NCBI GenBank assembly: GCA_001794125.1
Contig: MGJF01000001.1
Span: forward strand, 1-54,022
DNA: 54,022 nucleotides
From: Candidatus Yanofskybacteria bacterium RIFCSPHIGHO2_01_FULL_43_32
Lineage (GTDB): Bacteria > Patescibacteriota > Minisyncoccia > 2-02-FULL-40-12 > GWA2-44-9
Direction: 5' to 3'
The translations under genes were made by a program, and so were the position numbers. This document shows positions 28,170 to 39,248 of this stretch, piece by piece. A model generated the notes under the pieces. That model was not told where the DNA came from. It did not search any database and saw only the letters and a list, made by a program, of their open reading frames with translations. Each line of letters opens with the position of its first letter. The first letter of the stretch is position 1.

Positions 28170-28964
28170 TTATCCTAACAAATTTATCGATTTGTTGCTA
28201 ACCCCGTACTTAAGGAAGGCCGGTGATGTTATTGCCGGTCCGGCGGCGGTTTTTCCGCGCCTCTCTTTTATTTTATCAAATAATATTGAAACAAGAAAAG
28301 CCATGATCAGCAAAAGTGATGTCGAATAAATCAAACTTGTTACGCGATCCTCGAAAGCCGAGAGAAAGGTGTTAAAAGTAAAATGAAAAATAGTGGCCAT
28401 TATAAGTCCGACAACTATCAGTTTCTTTTTATGATCTTGGAAGAACCACGACATGGCAAGGAAGTAACCCATAAGTCCGGAAGATAGGGCATGAAGCAAA
28501 GTCGCCCCGGTAAATCGAAGAGCCCACGTGGCTAAAGTAGTTTGGGCTCCGTCGGGGAAAACTCTGAACATGACTAAAATATTCTCCATTGCGGCGAATC
28601 CCAATCCGGCGGTTATCATATAGATCATGGCATCGATCGGCTCATCGAATTCCGGATTTCTCATGATAAGCACTCTCACGGCGTAAAATTTAATGGCCTC
28701 TTCCACGACAGCGGCCCATAGAAAAAAATAAGAAGTGTTCTGGGTCAAGGCCTGGTCTATTCCGGTGATTGTCGATGCAAGCTGGGCGAAGCTGAACTGT
28801 AAAAGAATGGCAATGGGAGAAATAATAATGCCCATGAGGAAGGTTTGGGCGAGGAGGTTTTTGGGTTCGGGATGACAATCTTTTTTGGCGAAAAAATAAA
28901 GCCAGACCAAACTGGGAGTTAGTCCCAGGGATATCAGGACGACATTAATCAATGTTGGCGACAT
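28170..28964 (-). CDS. PrsW-family intramembrane metalloprotease
   Basis: HPEPK, AVVEEAIK, LGFAAMEN, LLHA, IFHFTFN. Confidence 0.92.
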   Translation of the reverse strand: MSPTLINVVLISLGLTPSLVWLYFFAKKDCHPEPKNLLAQTFLMGIIISPIAILLQFSFAQLASTITGIDQALTQNTSYFFLWAAVVEEAIKFYAVRVLIMRNPEFDEPIDAMIYMITAGLGFAAMENILVMFRVFPDGAQTTLATWALRFTGATLLHALSSGLMGYFLAMSWFFQDHKKKLIVVGLIMATIFHFTFNTFLSAFEDRVTSLIYSTSLLLIMAFLVSILFDKIKERRGKTAAGPAITSPAFLKYGVSNKSINLLG

Positions 28965-28982
28965 GCTCTAAGTATAGCATGC

Positions 28983-31058
28983 CTAGCTGGGCCATTTCTC
29001 AACAATAAGAAGTCCCTTGTCTTTAATGGGTAACTTTGAGTATACTTCTTCGGTTATGAACGGCATGAATGGGTGAAGAAGTTTGAGACAGGTTAGAAGC
29101 AAATAAGCGAGAGCGTTTTTTGTTTCTTGGTCATCTTTGTCTTTTGTTTCTTCAATATATTTGTCCGCAAATTCGTGCCAGATGAAATCATATAGTTCAT
29201 GGGCCGCTTCTCCGAATTTGTATTTTTCGATATTTTTTGTCACCGATTCCGCCGCCGAGTCCATCTTGGAAATTATTTCCGAGCCGAGAGGCCTTGTCCC
29301 TGTTATTTCGTAGTCATCTCCTAATTTCATCAAAACATATCGGGCGATATTCCAGAATTTATTGGCAAATTTTTTACCCATTATGATTGTGTCTTCTCCG
29401 AACCTCATATCCTGCAGTTCGGTTGTTTGATAAGCCAAGCCGAATCTTAGAGCGTCTGCGCCGTATTTTTCGATAACTGCCAGAGGATCAATGCCAGTAC
29501 CAAGAGATTTTGACATTCTTTTCCCGTTTTTAGTGAGCACGGTTGCGTGAATGTAAATATCTTTAAACGGAGCGGAACCTGTAAAGAATTTTCCGGAAAA
29601 TATCATGCGGGCTTGCCAGAGGTAGCGGATGCCTCTGTCTGAAGTAATAAAATCAGTCGGGTAGTATTCGGTTAAGTCTTTTGTTTTTTCCGGCCAACCC
29701 ATAGCGGCAAATGGCCATAAAGCAGAAGAAAACCATGTATCAAGCACGTCTTCCTCGCCGTCAATAGGTATTTTGTGACCCCACCATAATTGGCGGGAAA
29801 TATTCCAGTCGCGGACATTGGTAAGCCAGTTTTTCATATCTTGTCCCCATTTTTCTGAATGCACTACAACTTCGCCATTACCAAGAGCTTCTATCGCCAA
29901 TTTTGCCAACTCTTCCATTTTCAGGAACCATTGTTTTGAAGGCAGAGGTTCTATTACAGAATCACATCGGTCGCAGTGGCCGACATTGTGGTCGTAGTCT
30001 TCAATTTTTTCAATCAGGCCAAGTGTTTCAAGGTCCTTGGCTATTTGTTCTCTGGCTTGAGCAACCTTCAGGCCCTGATAACGGATGCCGGCGTTCTCAT
30101 TCATCTTGCCGCGTTCGTCAATAATTTTTACAAGCGGCAAATTGTGGCGCAGAGATATTTCATAATCGGTAAGGTCGTGGGCGGGTGTGACCTTGATAAT
30201 GCCTGTGCCAAATTCTTTGTCTACAGAAATATCGTCCACAACTTTGAGGGAAATTTTTTTGATTTGCGGTGGTTGTTCGGCCGGAAGCGTATTGTCTACC
30301 GAATCTATTTCTATTTCTTGTCCGATATATTTTTTATAGCGCTCATCGCTTGGGTGAACCGCAAGGGCGGTATCGCCGAGCTTGGTTTCGGGCCGGGTCG
30401 TTGCCAATACGAACGGTCCGTATTTTATGAAATATAATCTTCCTTTTTCGGGAACATGATTTACCTCAAGGTCGGATATGGAGGTGGCACAGCGGGGACA
30501 CCAACTAATAACCCGTTCGCCCCGGTAAATCCAACCTTTCTCCTGGTATTTTTTGAAAGCAGTTTCAACGGCTTTTTGATAGCCGGGATTCATGGTGAAT
30601 TGAGTACGTGTCCAGTCAACCGAAAGCCCGAGTTTTTTGAATTGGTCAAGAATGATATTTCCATACTTCTCACGCCACTCCCACATTCGTTCAAGAAATT
30701 TTTCGCGGCCAATCTTGTGTCGGGTCAGACCTTCTTTGGCGAGCTGTTTCTCCACCTTGTTTTGGGCGGCGATACCGGCATGATCGGTGCCCGGGAGCCA
30801 AAGAGTTTTATAGCCCTGCATGCGCCGCATTCGGATGACGATATCTTCAAGGGTATTTTCTAAAGCATGACCAATGTGGAGTTCGCCGGTAATATTGGGC
30901 GGAGCGATGGCGGCTACGAATTTACGAGAAGTAAATCTATCCTCCTTCGCCGAGGCTACGGAGGACAGTCCTTCTGGACTGAAAAATCCGCTCTCCTCCC
31001 AGAGTTTGTAAATTTTGTCTTCAACTTCTTTGGGGCTGTATGCTTTCGGAAGTTCCAT
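28983..31058 (-). CDS. valS: Valine--tRNA ligase (compact)
   Basis: PPNITGELHIGH, PGTDHAGIA, ATTRPET, DWNISRQLWWGH, DTWFSS, RMSKS. Confidence 0.97.
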   Translation of the reverse strand: MELPKAYSPKEVEDKIYKLWEESGFFSPEGLSSVASAKEDRFTSRKFVAAIAPPNITGELHIGHALENTLEDIVIRMRRMQGYKTLWLPGTDHAGIAAQNKVEKQLAKEGLTRHKIGREKFLERMWEWREKYGNIILDQFKKLGLSVDWTRTQFTMNPGYQKAVETAFKKYQEKGWIYRGERVISWCPRCATSISDLEVNHVPEKGRLYFIKYGPFVLATTRPETKLGDTALAVHPSDERYKKYIGQEIEIDSVDNTLPAEQPPQIKKISLKVVDDISVDKEFGTGIIKVTPAHDLTDYEISLRHNLPLVKIIDERGKMNENAGIRYQGLKVAQAREQIAKDLETLGLIEKIEDYDHNVGHCDRCDSVIEPLPSKQWFLKMEELAKLAIEALGNGEVVVHSEKWGQDMKNWLTNVRDWNISRQLWWGHKIPIDGEEDVLDTWFSSALWPFAAMGWPEKTKDLTEYYPTDFITSDRGIRYLWQARMIFSGKFFTGSAPFKDIYIHATVLTKNGKRMSKSLGTGIDPLAVIEKYGADALRFGLAYQTTELQDMRFGEDTIIMGKKFANKFWNIARYVLMKLGDDYEITGTRPLGSEIISKMDSAAESVTKNIEKYKFGEAAHELYDFIWHEFADKYIEETKDKDDQETKNALAYLLLTCLKLLHPFMPFITEEVYSKLPIKDKGLLIVEKWPS

Positions 31059-31129
31059 ATGTTGTTTGACAATCGGGTATTTAGTGATAATCTTTCAAAA
31101 ATTGTAGCTTAAAAACGAGGTTTTTACAA

Positions 31130-31649
31130 ATGGTTCATGAGTGTTCCGATTGCACATTTGTGGCCGATGCGGGTAATCTTTTGACCTATTTTGTACCCAG
31201 GGAAAAGCGCGACTCTGCCGGGAATAAACCGGTCTTTGTTGGAAAGTTTACGATGACAGACTGGGCAGGTCATTCCGGTTTTTATCTCTTCAAGTGTCCC
31301 GATTGCGGCGATGTCTGTGTCGACTATCCCCACGGGTACCGCGATAATGGCTGTCTGTATATCCGGTGCGGCCGGTGCCGGTTCGAGATTATTCTTTCCC
31401 CCGGAAAGTACAAGGATATTTACCGGCGGGAACAAGTTGTTTCTCCGCCGACAGTTTTGCAGGAGCTGAGAGGTCTTTGGAAAGCAAGAAAGCAAATCAA
31501 AGACTTAAGGAGAACCGCCGGCGAGATTGAGGACAAGCATGGGGTCAAAGTTCTTGTCAGCGGAGAGGACATCCGGAACGTCAGCAATCCGGTCGGGAAT
31601 GTCCAGGCTGTCGGTCTTTTTCTTCTTTTTGTCGTAACAGCTTTAATCT

Positions 31650-31666
<17 letters not shown>
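31130..31666 (+). CDS. Hypothetical Zn-ribbon protein with C-terminal TM
   Basis: CSDC, CPDC and CGRC pairs; hydrophobic C-terminus. Confidence 0.65.
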
Positions 31667-32759
<1,093 letters not shown>

Positions 32760-32871
32760 GATTGTAAGATTTTATCATTTTTATTGCCCATTCAACAAGT
32801 TCAGGGCAATCCTGAGCATGCCGAATGGATTGATTTTTTTCAATTTTTGTGGCAAAATACTTTAGTTACAT

Positions 32872-32946
32872 GGCCCTATCGTCTATCGGTTAGGACATTT
32901 GCTTTTCAAGCAAAGAAGGCGAGTTCGACTCTCGCTAGGGCTGCCA
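32872..32946 (+). tRNA. tRNA-Glu(TTC)
   Basis: tttgc-ttTTCaa-gcaaa; CCA encoded. Confidence 0.95.
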
Positions 32947-33075
32947 GGCACAATTCTGCGCCTGGCTTCGCCGAAGACAGATACAGAATTGTATCTGTCG
33001 AAGGTGAAGTCAGAAGTAGAATTGGGACGCAGGCGGGTATAGTATTGTACCCGCCCGTGTTTTAAAATATTATAT

Positions 33076-33336
33076 ATGAGATTCTATTATGTTTACGTTT
33101 TATACAACCAAAGCGAGAATTTTATTTACATAGGTTATTCCGAAGATTTAAAACAAAGAGTCACAGAACACAATAAAGGCCGTGTTAAATCAACAAAATC
33201 TTTCTTGCCCTTGGAGTTGATCCATTATGAAGCGTATAAAAACAAGAAAGACGCAAAACGCAGAGAATTATATTTGAAGACCAACAGAGGCAGAACAACA
33301 CTTCTGACAATGCTTAAAGAGTATTTTACAGAATAG
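33076..33336 (+). CDS. GIY-YIG nuclease (small standalone type)
   Basis: YVYVL, IYIGYSEDLKQRVTEHN, STK, AKRRELYLK. Confidence 0.92.
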   Translation: MRFYYVYVLYNQSENFIYIGYSEDLKQRVTEHNKGRVKSTKSFLPLELIHYEAYKNKKDAKRRELYLKTNRGRTTLLTMLKEYFTE

Positions 33337-33483
33337 GGTTTTCCCAAAATGCCTTTTTCGGAGGGGCCAAGGGGAGTGGAAAACTTTTCTCACAAAAGAT
33401 ACCAAAAACGGTGTTTTTTTGTTGTTTACAATCAGAGCATCTTTTGATACGGTAATTTCCAGTTACTTAAAAGTGGGTGAAAA

Positions 33484-33843
33484 ATGGCCATAAAGCATAC
33501 TGGCAAGACTTATCCGAAAGTGGATGCAAAGACATTAGCTAAAGCCCTTGGAGCTGATTCCATAACCGGTCCCCTAACTACCGATGATCAAGGAAGAGAA
33601 TTTTTCGAATTCGAAGTTATTACAAGAGACAAAGATTCCGGTACCAAACGTATTTATAAGCTTTCTGATGAAGAACTTGAAAAACATAAGCTTATTGGCG
33701 AAGCTGAAGGCCAAAACTTCTTTCTATGCCTTTTTATGGGTAGGCATGCAGACAACTTCCATAATCGTGTTTGTGGTTATAGAACATCGGAACCAACCCA
33801 GCCAGGAATGGCATTGAGAGTCGCATTTTACGAAAAAGCATAA
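33484..33843 (+). CDS. Hypothetical protein
   Basis: 119 aa; gggtga SD-like site; ccgcc-taat-ggcgg terminator downstream. Confidence 0.6.
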   Translation: MAIKHTGKTYPKVDAKTLAKALGADSITGPLTTDDQGREFFEFEVITRDKDSGTKRIYKLSDEELEKHKLIGEAEGQNFFLCLFMGRHADNFHNRVCGYRTSEPTQPGMALRVAFYEKA

Positions 33844-34035
33844 TTCCGCCTAATGGCGGTTTTATTTTTCGGTAGATAATATTAAAAAATCTAGTATTAA
33901 TGTGGGATTTTGTATAAAATATGTATAGATATCGAAGAACAAAGTTTCCCAGTGTTCTGGTTCGGCAAGCTCACCATCAAGATCTATTGGCCCTGCTATT
34001 GATTTTTAAGAAGGCGGGGAATATAATTTATTCAT

Positions 34036-34245
34036 ATGGCAAATGTGTTTGAAAAATTTAATGATTCTTTAAGCGGGATTAAGGAGGCCGAACAAACAGA
34101 GAGAACCAAAGAGGAAAAATTAGCCGGGCTTAAGAAACGGAAAGATGAGGTTCTGCAAGGGATAGAAATGAACGGCGGAAGGACGGTTTTCGATGACCGT
34201 GAACTCTTAGATCGGTTGGACAGGCAAATTAAAGAATTGGAATAA
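34036..34245 (+). CDS. Hypothetical coiled-coil protein
   Basis: 69 aa; TTGATT-N17-TATAAT promoter just upstream. Confidence 0.6.
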   Translation: MANVFEKFNDSLSGIKEAEQTERTKEEKLAGLKKRKDEVLQGIEMNGGRTVFDDRELLDRLDRQIKELE

Positions 34246-34278
34246 TTATAAAAACCGCCCTATGGGCGGTTTTTATAA
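34246..34278. terminator. Bidirectional terminator
   Basis: ttataaaaaccgccc-tat-gggcggtttttataa between convergent genes. Confidence 0.8.
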
Positions 34279-34614
34279 TGAGGAGACAATTTTTTTGAAT
34301 ACTTCCGGGTCGTGTTCGGCGAGGTCGGCGAGGATTTTGCGGTCGAGCGCTACATTGGCTTTCAGGAATTTGTTAATTAGTTTTGAATAGGTCGTGCCGT
34401 TTTCTCTGGCGGCGGCATTTATTTTGACGGTCCAGAGATTGCGCATCGTTCTTTTTTTCTTTTTTCTGTCGGCAAACTGAAACGACCAAGCATGAAGAAG
34501 GCCTTCTTTGGCTTGGCGGTATTTGGTATTTCGGGTCCACATAAAACCCTTCGCGTGTTTCAGCAATCTTTTTCTTCGGGCATTTGCAATTGTTCCTCTT
34601 TTTACTCTCGGCAT
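34273..34614 (-). CDS. rplT: 50S ribosomal protein L20
   Basis: MPRVKRG, DRKKKKR, LW.VKINAAAR, LDRKILADLA. Confidence 0.97.
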   Translation of the reverse strand: MPRVKRGTIANARRKRLLKHAKGFMWTRNTKYRQAKEGLLHAWSFQFADRKKKKRTMRNLWTVKINAAARENGTTYSKLINKFLKANVALDRKILADLAEHDPEVFKKIVSSL

Positions 34615-34649
34615 TTTTAGAAATTAGGAATTAATAATTAGAAATTTAA

Positions 34650-34859
34650 TTAAATATTGCTTTGCAACAATGCTTTGGCGCTTCTCATCAATGATTTCGG
34701 GGCCATTATACGGCCCTTCTTGTTTCTTGCGGCACTGCCGGATTCTTTGGCGTTGAAATGGTCCTGATGAGGCGGGCGCTTCATCATCTTGCCTCTCCCG
34801 GTAATCTTAACCCTCTTTAAAAATGATTTATTTGTTTTTCCCGTATGTGTCATATTCAT
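34650..34859 (-). CDS. rpmI: 50S ribosomal protein L35
   Basis: KTNKSFLKRVKITGRGK; located between infC and rplT. Confidence 0.9.
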   Translation of the reverse strand: MNMTHTGKTNKSFLKRVKITGRGKMMKRPPHQDHFNAKESGSAARNKKGRIMAPKSLMRSAKALLQSNI

Positions 34860-34866
34860 GGTTTAA

Positions 34867-35370
34867 TTATTTCTTGATTGTGATTGTCCATCCGAAAGGC
34901 GATCTTTTGACGTTGTCCTGAACGGTAAATTCCTCCGTAATAAATTTGATAAAAGTGTTCAGTCGTTCTTTGCCCAAGTGGGCAAGGGCTTTTTCGCGCC
35001 CGCGCAGAGTCAGTTCTATTTTGACAATATGGCCTTCTTTTAAAAATCCTCCGACTTGTTTGGCCTTGAACTCCAAATCATGGGTTCCCGTCTTAAATCC
35101 TACCCTGACAGTCTTTCTTTCCTGTTCCTTCTGTTTAGGGCCGGATTTCTTGTCCTGACGCTCCTTGCGGTATATATATTTACCATAATCCATGATTTTG
35201 GCAATAGGGGGCTGGGCATTCGGGCCCACCTCTGCCAAATCAAGCTCTTTCTCGCGGGCAAGCTTAAGCGCGTCAAAGGTCTTCATTGTTCCAAGCTGTT
35301 TTCCGGCTTCGTCTATAACTTGGACCTCAACCGCCTTTATTTGATTGTTTATTCTTAAGCGCTTTAGCAT
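34867..35370 (-). CDS. infC: Translation initiation factor IF-3
   Basis: RINNQI, PPIAKIMDYGKY, HDLEFK, LRGRE. Confidence 0.96.
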   Translation of the reverse strand: MLKRLRINNQIKAVEVQVIDEAGKQLGTMKTFDALKLAREKELDLAEVGPNAQPPIAKIMDYGKYIYRKERQDKKSGPKQKEQERKTVRVGFKTGTHDLEFKAKQVGGFLKEGHIVKIELTLRGREKALAHLGKERLNTFIKFITEEFTVQDNVKRSPFGWTITIKK

Positions 35371-35467
35371 GTTAACAACTTGCTTATTTTAGCATGTTTA
35401 TACTAAAAAGAAAAGCCACCGGAACTTTTTGACTTTTAGTGTTTTTTATGCTAAAATTCAAGTTATT

Positions 35468-35824
35468 GGGGGTGAAAGGCTTCGACGAAATTTATGAACC
35501 AATCGGATGCTTAGAGTGGATGGCCGTTAACCACTATAAAACCTCGACCAACTTAATAGGTGCAAATACGCAACCTAATTACGCTTTCGCCTAACATCGT
35601 TTAGGTAAGCCATCCTGCCTTGATGCTAAATAAAGGATTACGGGGTGTTATATCTTTAGCTGGACAGCGGTTCATTGTTTTCCTGTTTCGCTGTTAAGAA
35701 TATGGAAAAATAGTCTGAAGTTATTTTGTTGGTTTTTTAGCTTCAAATGAAATACCAAACCGACCATCTAAGTAGAAATTCATCGGACCAAATTTCGGAC
35801 GGGGTTTCAATACCCCCACCTCCA
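35468..35824 (+). ncRNA. ssrA: tmRNA; tag reading frame 35562-35594 encodes ANTQPNYAFA*
   Basis: 5' gggggtgaaaggcttcgac, 3' T-arm and cacctcc-a with G3.U70; resume codon gca after taataggt; smpB adjacent. Confidence 0.93.
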
Positions 35825-35833
35825 CAGAATAAC

Positions 35834-35863
35834 TAAACGGCTCACATGTGTGTGAGCCGTTTA
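35834..35863. repeat. REP-like palindrome, family B copy 3 (terminator position)
   Basis: taaacggctcaca-tgtg-tgtgagccgttta between convergent ssrA and smpB. Confidence 0.8.
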
Positions 35864-35864
35864 A

Positions 35865-36308
35865 TTATTCCTCCAACCCTCTCTGCTTGGCGCGGGCAAC
35901 ATCTTTTTTCTTGATGGTTTCGCGTTTATCGTATTTCTTTTTGCCTCGGGCAATTCCGACAAGAAGTTTTATCCGCCCCTTTTTGTCGTAGAGTTTCAGG
36001 GGGACAAGGGTTAATCCGTGGGCTTGGGATGTCCCGACCAAAACGGATATTTGTTTTTTAGAAAGCAAAAGTTTGCGGGAACTTTGGGGATCATAATCGG
36101 CAGGAATGTTGCCGACTTGATAAGGTGATATAGTGGCGCCAATCAAAAAAGGTTCTCCGTTTAGTATCTTCACATAAGAACCTTTTATTGAAACCTTTCC
36201 TGTTTTGATTGATTTAACCTCGTATCCTCTCAATACAATTCCCGCCTCAAGAGTTTCAAGGATTTCATAATCAAACCCCGCTTTTGGATTATTCGCGTAT
36301 TCTGCCAT
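35865..36308 (-). CDS. smpB: SsrA-binding protein SmpB
   Basis: N.KA.FDYEILE, EAGIVL.G.EVKS, RKLLL, ARGKKKYDKRE. Confidence 0.97.
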   Translation of the reverse strand: MAEYANNPKAGFDYEILETLEAGIVLRGYEVKSIKTGKVSIKGSYVKILNGEPFLIGATISPYQVGNIPADYDPQSSRKLLLSKKQISVLVGTSQAHGLTLVPLKLYDKKGRIKLLVGIARGKKKYDKRETIKKKDVARAKQRGLEE

Positions 36309-36353
36309 ATCTCAATCTTATCGTGTTTTTTTCACTAAATCTATATATCCTGA

Positions 36354-36462
36354 ATAGTTCACACAACCTCTACTCGTACGGAGGGAGACGTCTTTTTAAA
36401 AATTGTACTAATTTTGTAAAAAGTGTCTCCCTCCGCTGGTTGCTTCGGTGGTAGGGGGCGAT
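36354..36462 (-). repeat. Structured repeat, family C copy 1
   Basis: atagttcacacaacctcta is the exact reverse complement of 46636-46654; shared hairpin and ccctccgcYggttg. Confidence 0.75.
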
Positions 36463-36526
36463 TAGCAATAAAAGTTCAAACCTTATTAAAAATAAAAAAG
36501 CCCGAGAACAAAATTCTGGGCTAGGG

Positions 36527-36730
36527 CTACTTTCGTTCGACGAGATTCCCTTCGGCATTGATGTGGAGACTCGCGAGAGCTTTTTCAATTTGATCAAGCT
36601 CGTATTGAATTGCTTCTTCGTAAGTCTTAAACTTACCCGAATGAACATCGTTCAATAAGTCTTCATAACAACTTTGAATAAAGGCAAGGGAGCCTTTTAC
36701 AGCTTTTCGACTGAATCCACTTGGTGGCAT
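36527..36730 (-). CDS. Hypothetical small protein
   Basis: MPPSGFSRKAVKGSLAFIQSCYEDLL..., 67 aa. Confidence 0.6.
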   Translation of the reverse strand: MPPSGFSRKAVKGSLAFIQSCYEDLLNDVHSGKFKTYEEAIQYELDQIEKALASLHINAEGNLVERK

Positions 36731-36814
36731 TATTTTCTCCAAAAAATGAAGTGAACCAAAAAAAATATACCATATTTCAAATCATTTTGTAGAGACGAGG
36801 GATTTAAGCGAAAT

Positions 36815-36933
36815 GACACATGCCTTCAGAGAAGGACTCGGAGGCATTTCGGCTTGGTTCTGCGAAATGCCGAGAGACAAGAAAGATTTGCCGCCGGAGC
36901 AAATCTATTCTGGTTCGGATGAAGGAATGTGTC
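36815..36933. repeat. MITE-like structured repeat, family A copy 3
   Basis: gacacatgccttca / tgaaggaatgtgtc TIR; nearly colinear with 13444-13565. Confidence 0.8.
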
Positions 36934-36942
36934 TTGAGCGCT

Positions 36943-38001
36943 TTATTTTCTTTCTTCCAGTTTAACTTTCACCTTAACTTGCCGGTCTTTTCTCAAAACA
37001 GTCAGTTCTACTTCTGATTCAACTTTAAATTTTTGGAGCATATCCTGAAGCTCTTCGGATATTTTTTCCCCGTTTAATTCCAGAATTATGTCGTTCTCTC
37101 TGATTCCGGCTTTTTCCGCGGGAGAGTCGGGGACAATGGCCACGGAATCCGGTCGGTGGTCTCGAACGACTAAAGCTCCGTAATCAACCGGCAAAGAATA
37201 TTGCTTCTGCAGTTTTTTGTCTAATTTTACGTATTGAAGACCTAAATACGGCTTAACGATCCTTCCGTATTTTATAATGTCTTCAAGGTCTTGCTTTGCC
37301 CAGTTTATCGGAATTGAGAACCCTATGTTCTGGGCGCCGAAAATAATAGCGGTGTTGATGGCGACCACCTCTCCGTCGATGTTTATCAGCGGACCGCCTG
37401 AATTGCCCTGATTAATGGCTACATCTGTCTGAAGAACGCCCCGCAGATGTTCCATTTCTCCCCCGGTGCCCAGAGCGGCGGAAATACTTCTTGATAATCC
37501 GGAAATTATTCCTTTTGAAACGGTATTGGAAAACATGCCCAAGGCATTTCCGATGGCGAGTACGGTTTGTCCCAGTTCAAGCTTTGACGAATTTCCCAGA
37601 CGAACGGCTGGCAACCCTTTTCCGCCAGCTGGCGGATTAATTTTCAAAACGGCAATGTCATTTATCGGGTCTCGGGAGAGGACTTTTGCCGGATATTCCT
37701 GAAGGTCGGTCGTAATGACGGTGTATTCGGCATCCTGATCAAAAACGACATGTTTGTTGGTGAGTATAAGACCGTCGGGATGAACGATAAATCCGGAGCC
37801 GCCGCCCACGCTTATTTTTTCTTTTTGGCCGTCCTCAACTTCTCCGAACAGGAATGGGTTTGAAAAAGGAGTACCGGGCATGCCGTAAACCCCCTTAATT
37901 TTTGGAAGGAATTTTGATATAACGACACTAACCACCGAAGGAGCGACTTTTCTCACTGCTTCAATGGGAAGCTTGTCGTATTCATTAGATAATGTAGTCA
38001 T
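36943..38001 (-). CDS. HtrA/DegP-like trypsin serine protease with PDZ domain
   Basis: GSGFIV, TNKHVV, DIAVLK, TDVAINQGNSGGPL; C-terminal PDZ; no signal peptide or TM. Confidence 0.93.
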   Translation of the reverse strand: MTTLSNEYDKLPIEAVRKVAPSVVSVVISKFLPKIKGVYGMPGTPFSNPFLFGEVEDGQKEKISVGGGSGFIVHPDGLILTNKHVVFDQDAEYTVITTDLQEYPAKVLSRDPINDIAVLKINPPAGGKGLPAVRLGNSSKLELGQTVLAIGNALGMFSNTVSKGIISGLSRSISAALGTGGEMEHLRGVLQTDVAINQGNSGGPLINIDGEVVAINTAIIFGAQNIGFSIPINWAKQDLEDIIKYGRIVKPYLGLQYVKLDKKLQKQYSLPVDYGALVVRDHRPDSVAIVPDSPAEKAGIRENDIILELNGEKISEELQDMLQKFKVESEVELTVLRKDRQVKVKVKLEERK

Positions 38002-38010
38002 ACCATAAGT

Positions 38011-38523
38011 ATGAGGCTAAAAAAGAAATTTTTCAATAGAAATACCGTTGTTGTTGCCAGAGAATTGCTTGGCAAGTTTTTGGTCAGACGCATCGGCAAT
38101 AAATTAATCCGAGCCGGAATAACCGAAACCGAGGCCTATTGCGGAATACGGGACCTTGCCTGCCACGCTTCAAAAGGTTTAACCAAGCGGACAAAAGTCA
38201 TGTTCGGTCCGGCCGGATTTTCTTATGTTTATATGATTTACGGAATGTATCATTGCTTGAATATCGTTACCGAGAAAGAAGGAAATCCATCGGCGGTATT
38301 GATAAGGGCTGTTGGTTATGAAAATTGCGATGGGCCGGGGAAACTTTGCCGGGAATTAAGAATAGACAAAAAGCTTAATGAAATAGATATAACAAAAAGC
38401 GGTTTATTGTGGATTTAAAACAATAAAATTAAAACCCCAAAATCTCAAATCAAAAAAGGCAAACGCATCGGCGTAGATTATGCCGGAAAGTGGAAGGATA
38501 AATTGTGGCGGTTCTATTTGTAA
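38011..38523 (+). pseudogene. mpg: DNA-3-methyladenine glycosylase (Mpg/AAG) with internal TAA at 38416-38418
   Basis: ITETEAY, YMIYGMYHCLNIVT, GPGKLC; the conserved RIGVDYAG.W...WRF continues in-frame after the stop. Confidence 0.8.
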
Positions 38524-38589
38524 TTGTTGTTGACTTCAGGCGTGGGGGTGGTATTCTGCGGGCAACTGAACATTAAAAAGGAAACTAAA

Positions 38590-39204
38590 GTGGAACAGTC
38601 GGTGTGTCGTTCAGTGAGGCTCGACTCTGTCGATGAGAAGCTTGAGCTTTTGGCCGATAGAGGTATTTTTATTATCGGCGGTGAAATTGATGCCGGTACC
38701 GTAGGAGGATTGTTTGCCAACCTGTTTACAAAATTAACACCTGAAACGAAGAAGCCGCTTTGGATAATGCTGGACTCTCCCGGCGGAAGCATCTATCAAG
38801 GATTGGCCGTCTATGATTTTTTGAGAGCCGTTGCTCTTCAGGGTTGGGAGGTAAACATCATATCTGTCGGCGATGTTGCTTCAATGGCAGTATGTATTCT
38901 TCAGGCCGGAACAAAGCGCTATTCTTTTCCAAATACCCAATTTACCGTTCATCAGGCCAGTATGAGCGGTGAGGGTGAACACCAGGAAGTAAATAAACTT
39001 TTAGAAAGCGCCGAAGAGTTAAAACGGTTGAACAAGGTTGTTTTTAAGATTGTTGCCGAACGGTCGGGCATGGATATGAAAGAGCTGTTGAATCTTTCCA
39101 GAAAAACCGACTATTCCATCAGCGCCGATAAGGCCAAAGGATTCGGTCCGCATGGGCTGATTGATGAAGTGGTCGCCACGTTTCCCTTCCAAATAAACGG
39201 CTAA
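38590..39204 (+). CDS. clpP: ClpP-family protease proteolytic subunit (divergent)
   Basis: DSPGGS, ASMA (Ser), VHQ (His), GLIDEV; GTG start with aaggaa SD. Confidence 0.85.
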   Translation: MEQSVCRSVRLDSVDEKLELLADRGIFIIGGEIDAGTVGGLFANLFTKLTPETKKPLWIMLDSPGGSIYQGLAVYDFLRAVALQGWEVNIISVGDVASMAVCILQAGTKRYSFPNTQFTVHQASMSGEGEHQEVNKLLESAEELKRLNKVVFKIVAERSGMDMKELLNLSRKTDYSISADKAKGFGPHGLIDEVVATFPFQING

Positions 39205-39248
39205 GTTAAGCCGTTTTTTTATTTGAGAAATTAAGGTAAGATGTGTGT

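Noticed and set aside
38416-38418. Stop-codon reassignment (e.g. code 25)
   Set aside because: TGA, TAA and TAG all end conserved genes at expected positions (glyS ends in TGA); only this one internal stop was seen.
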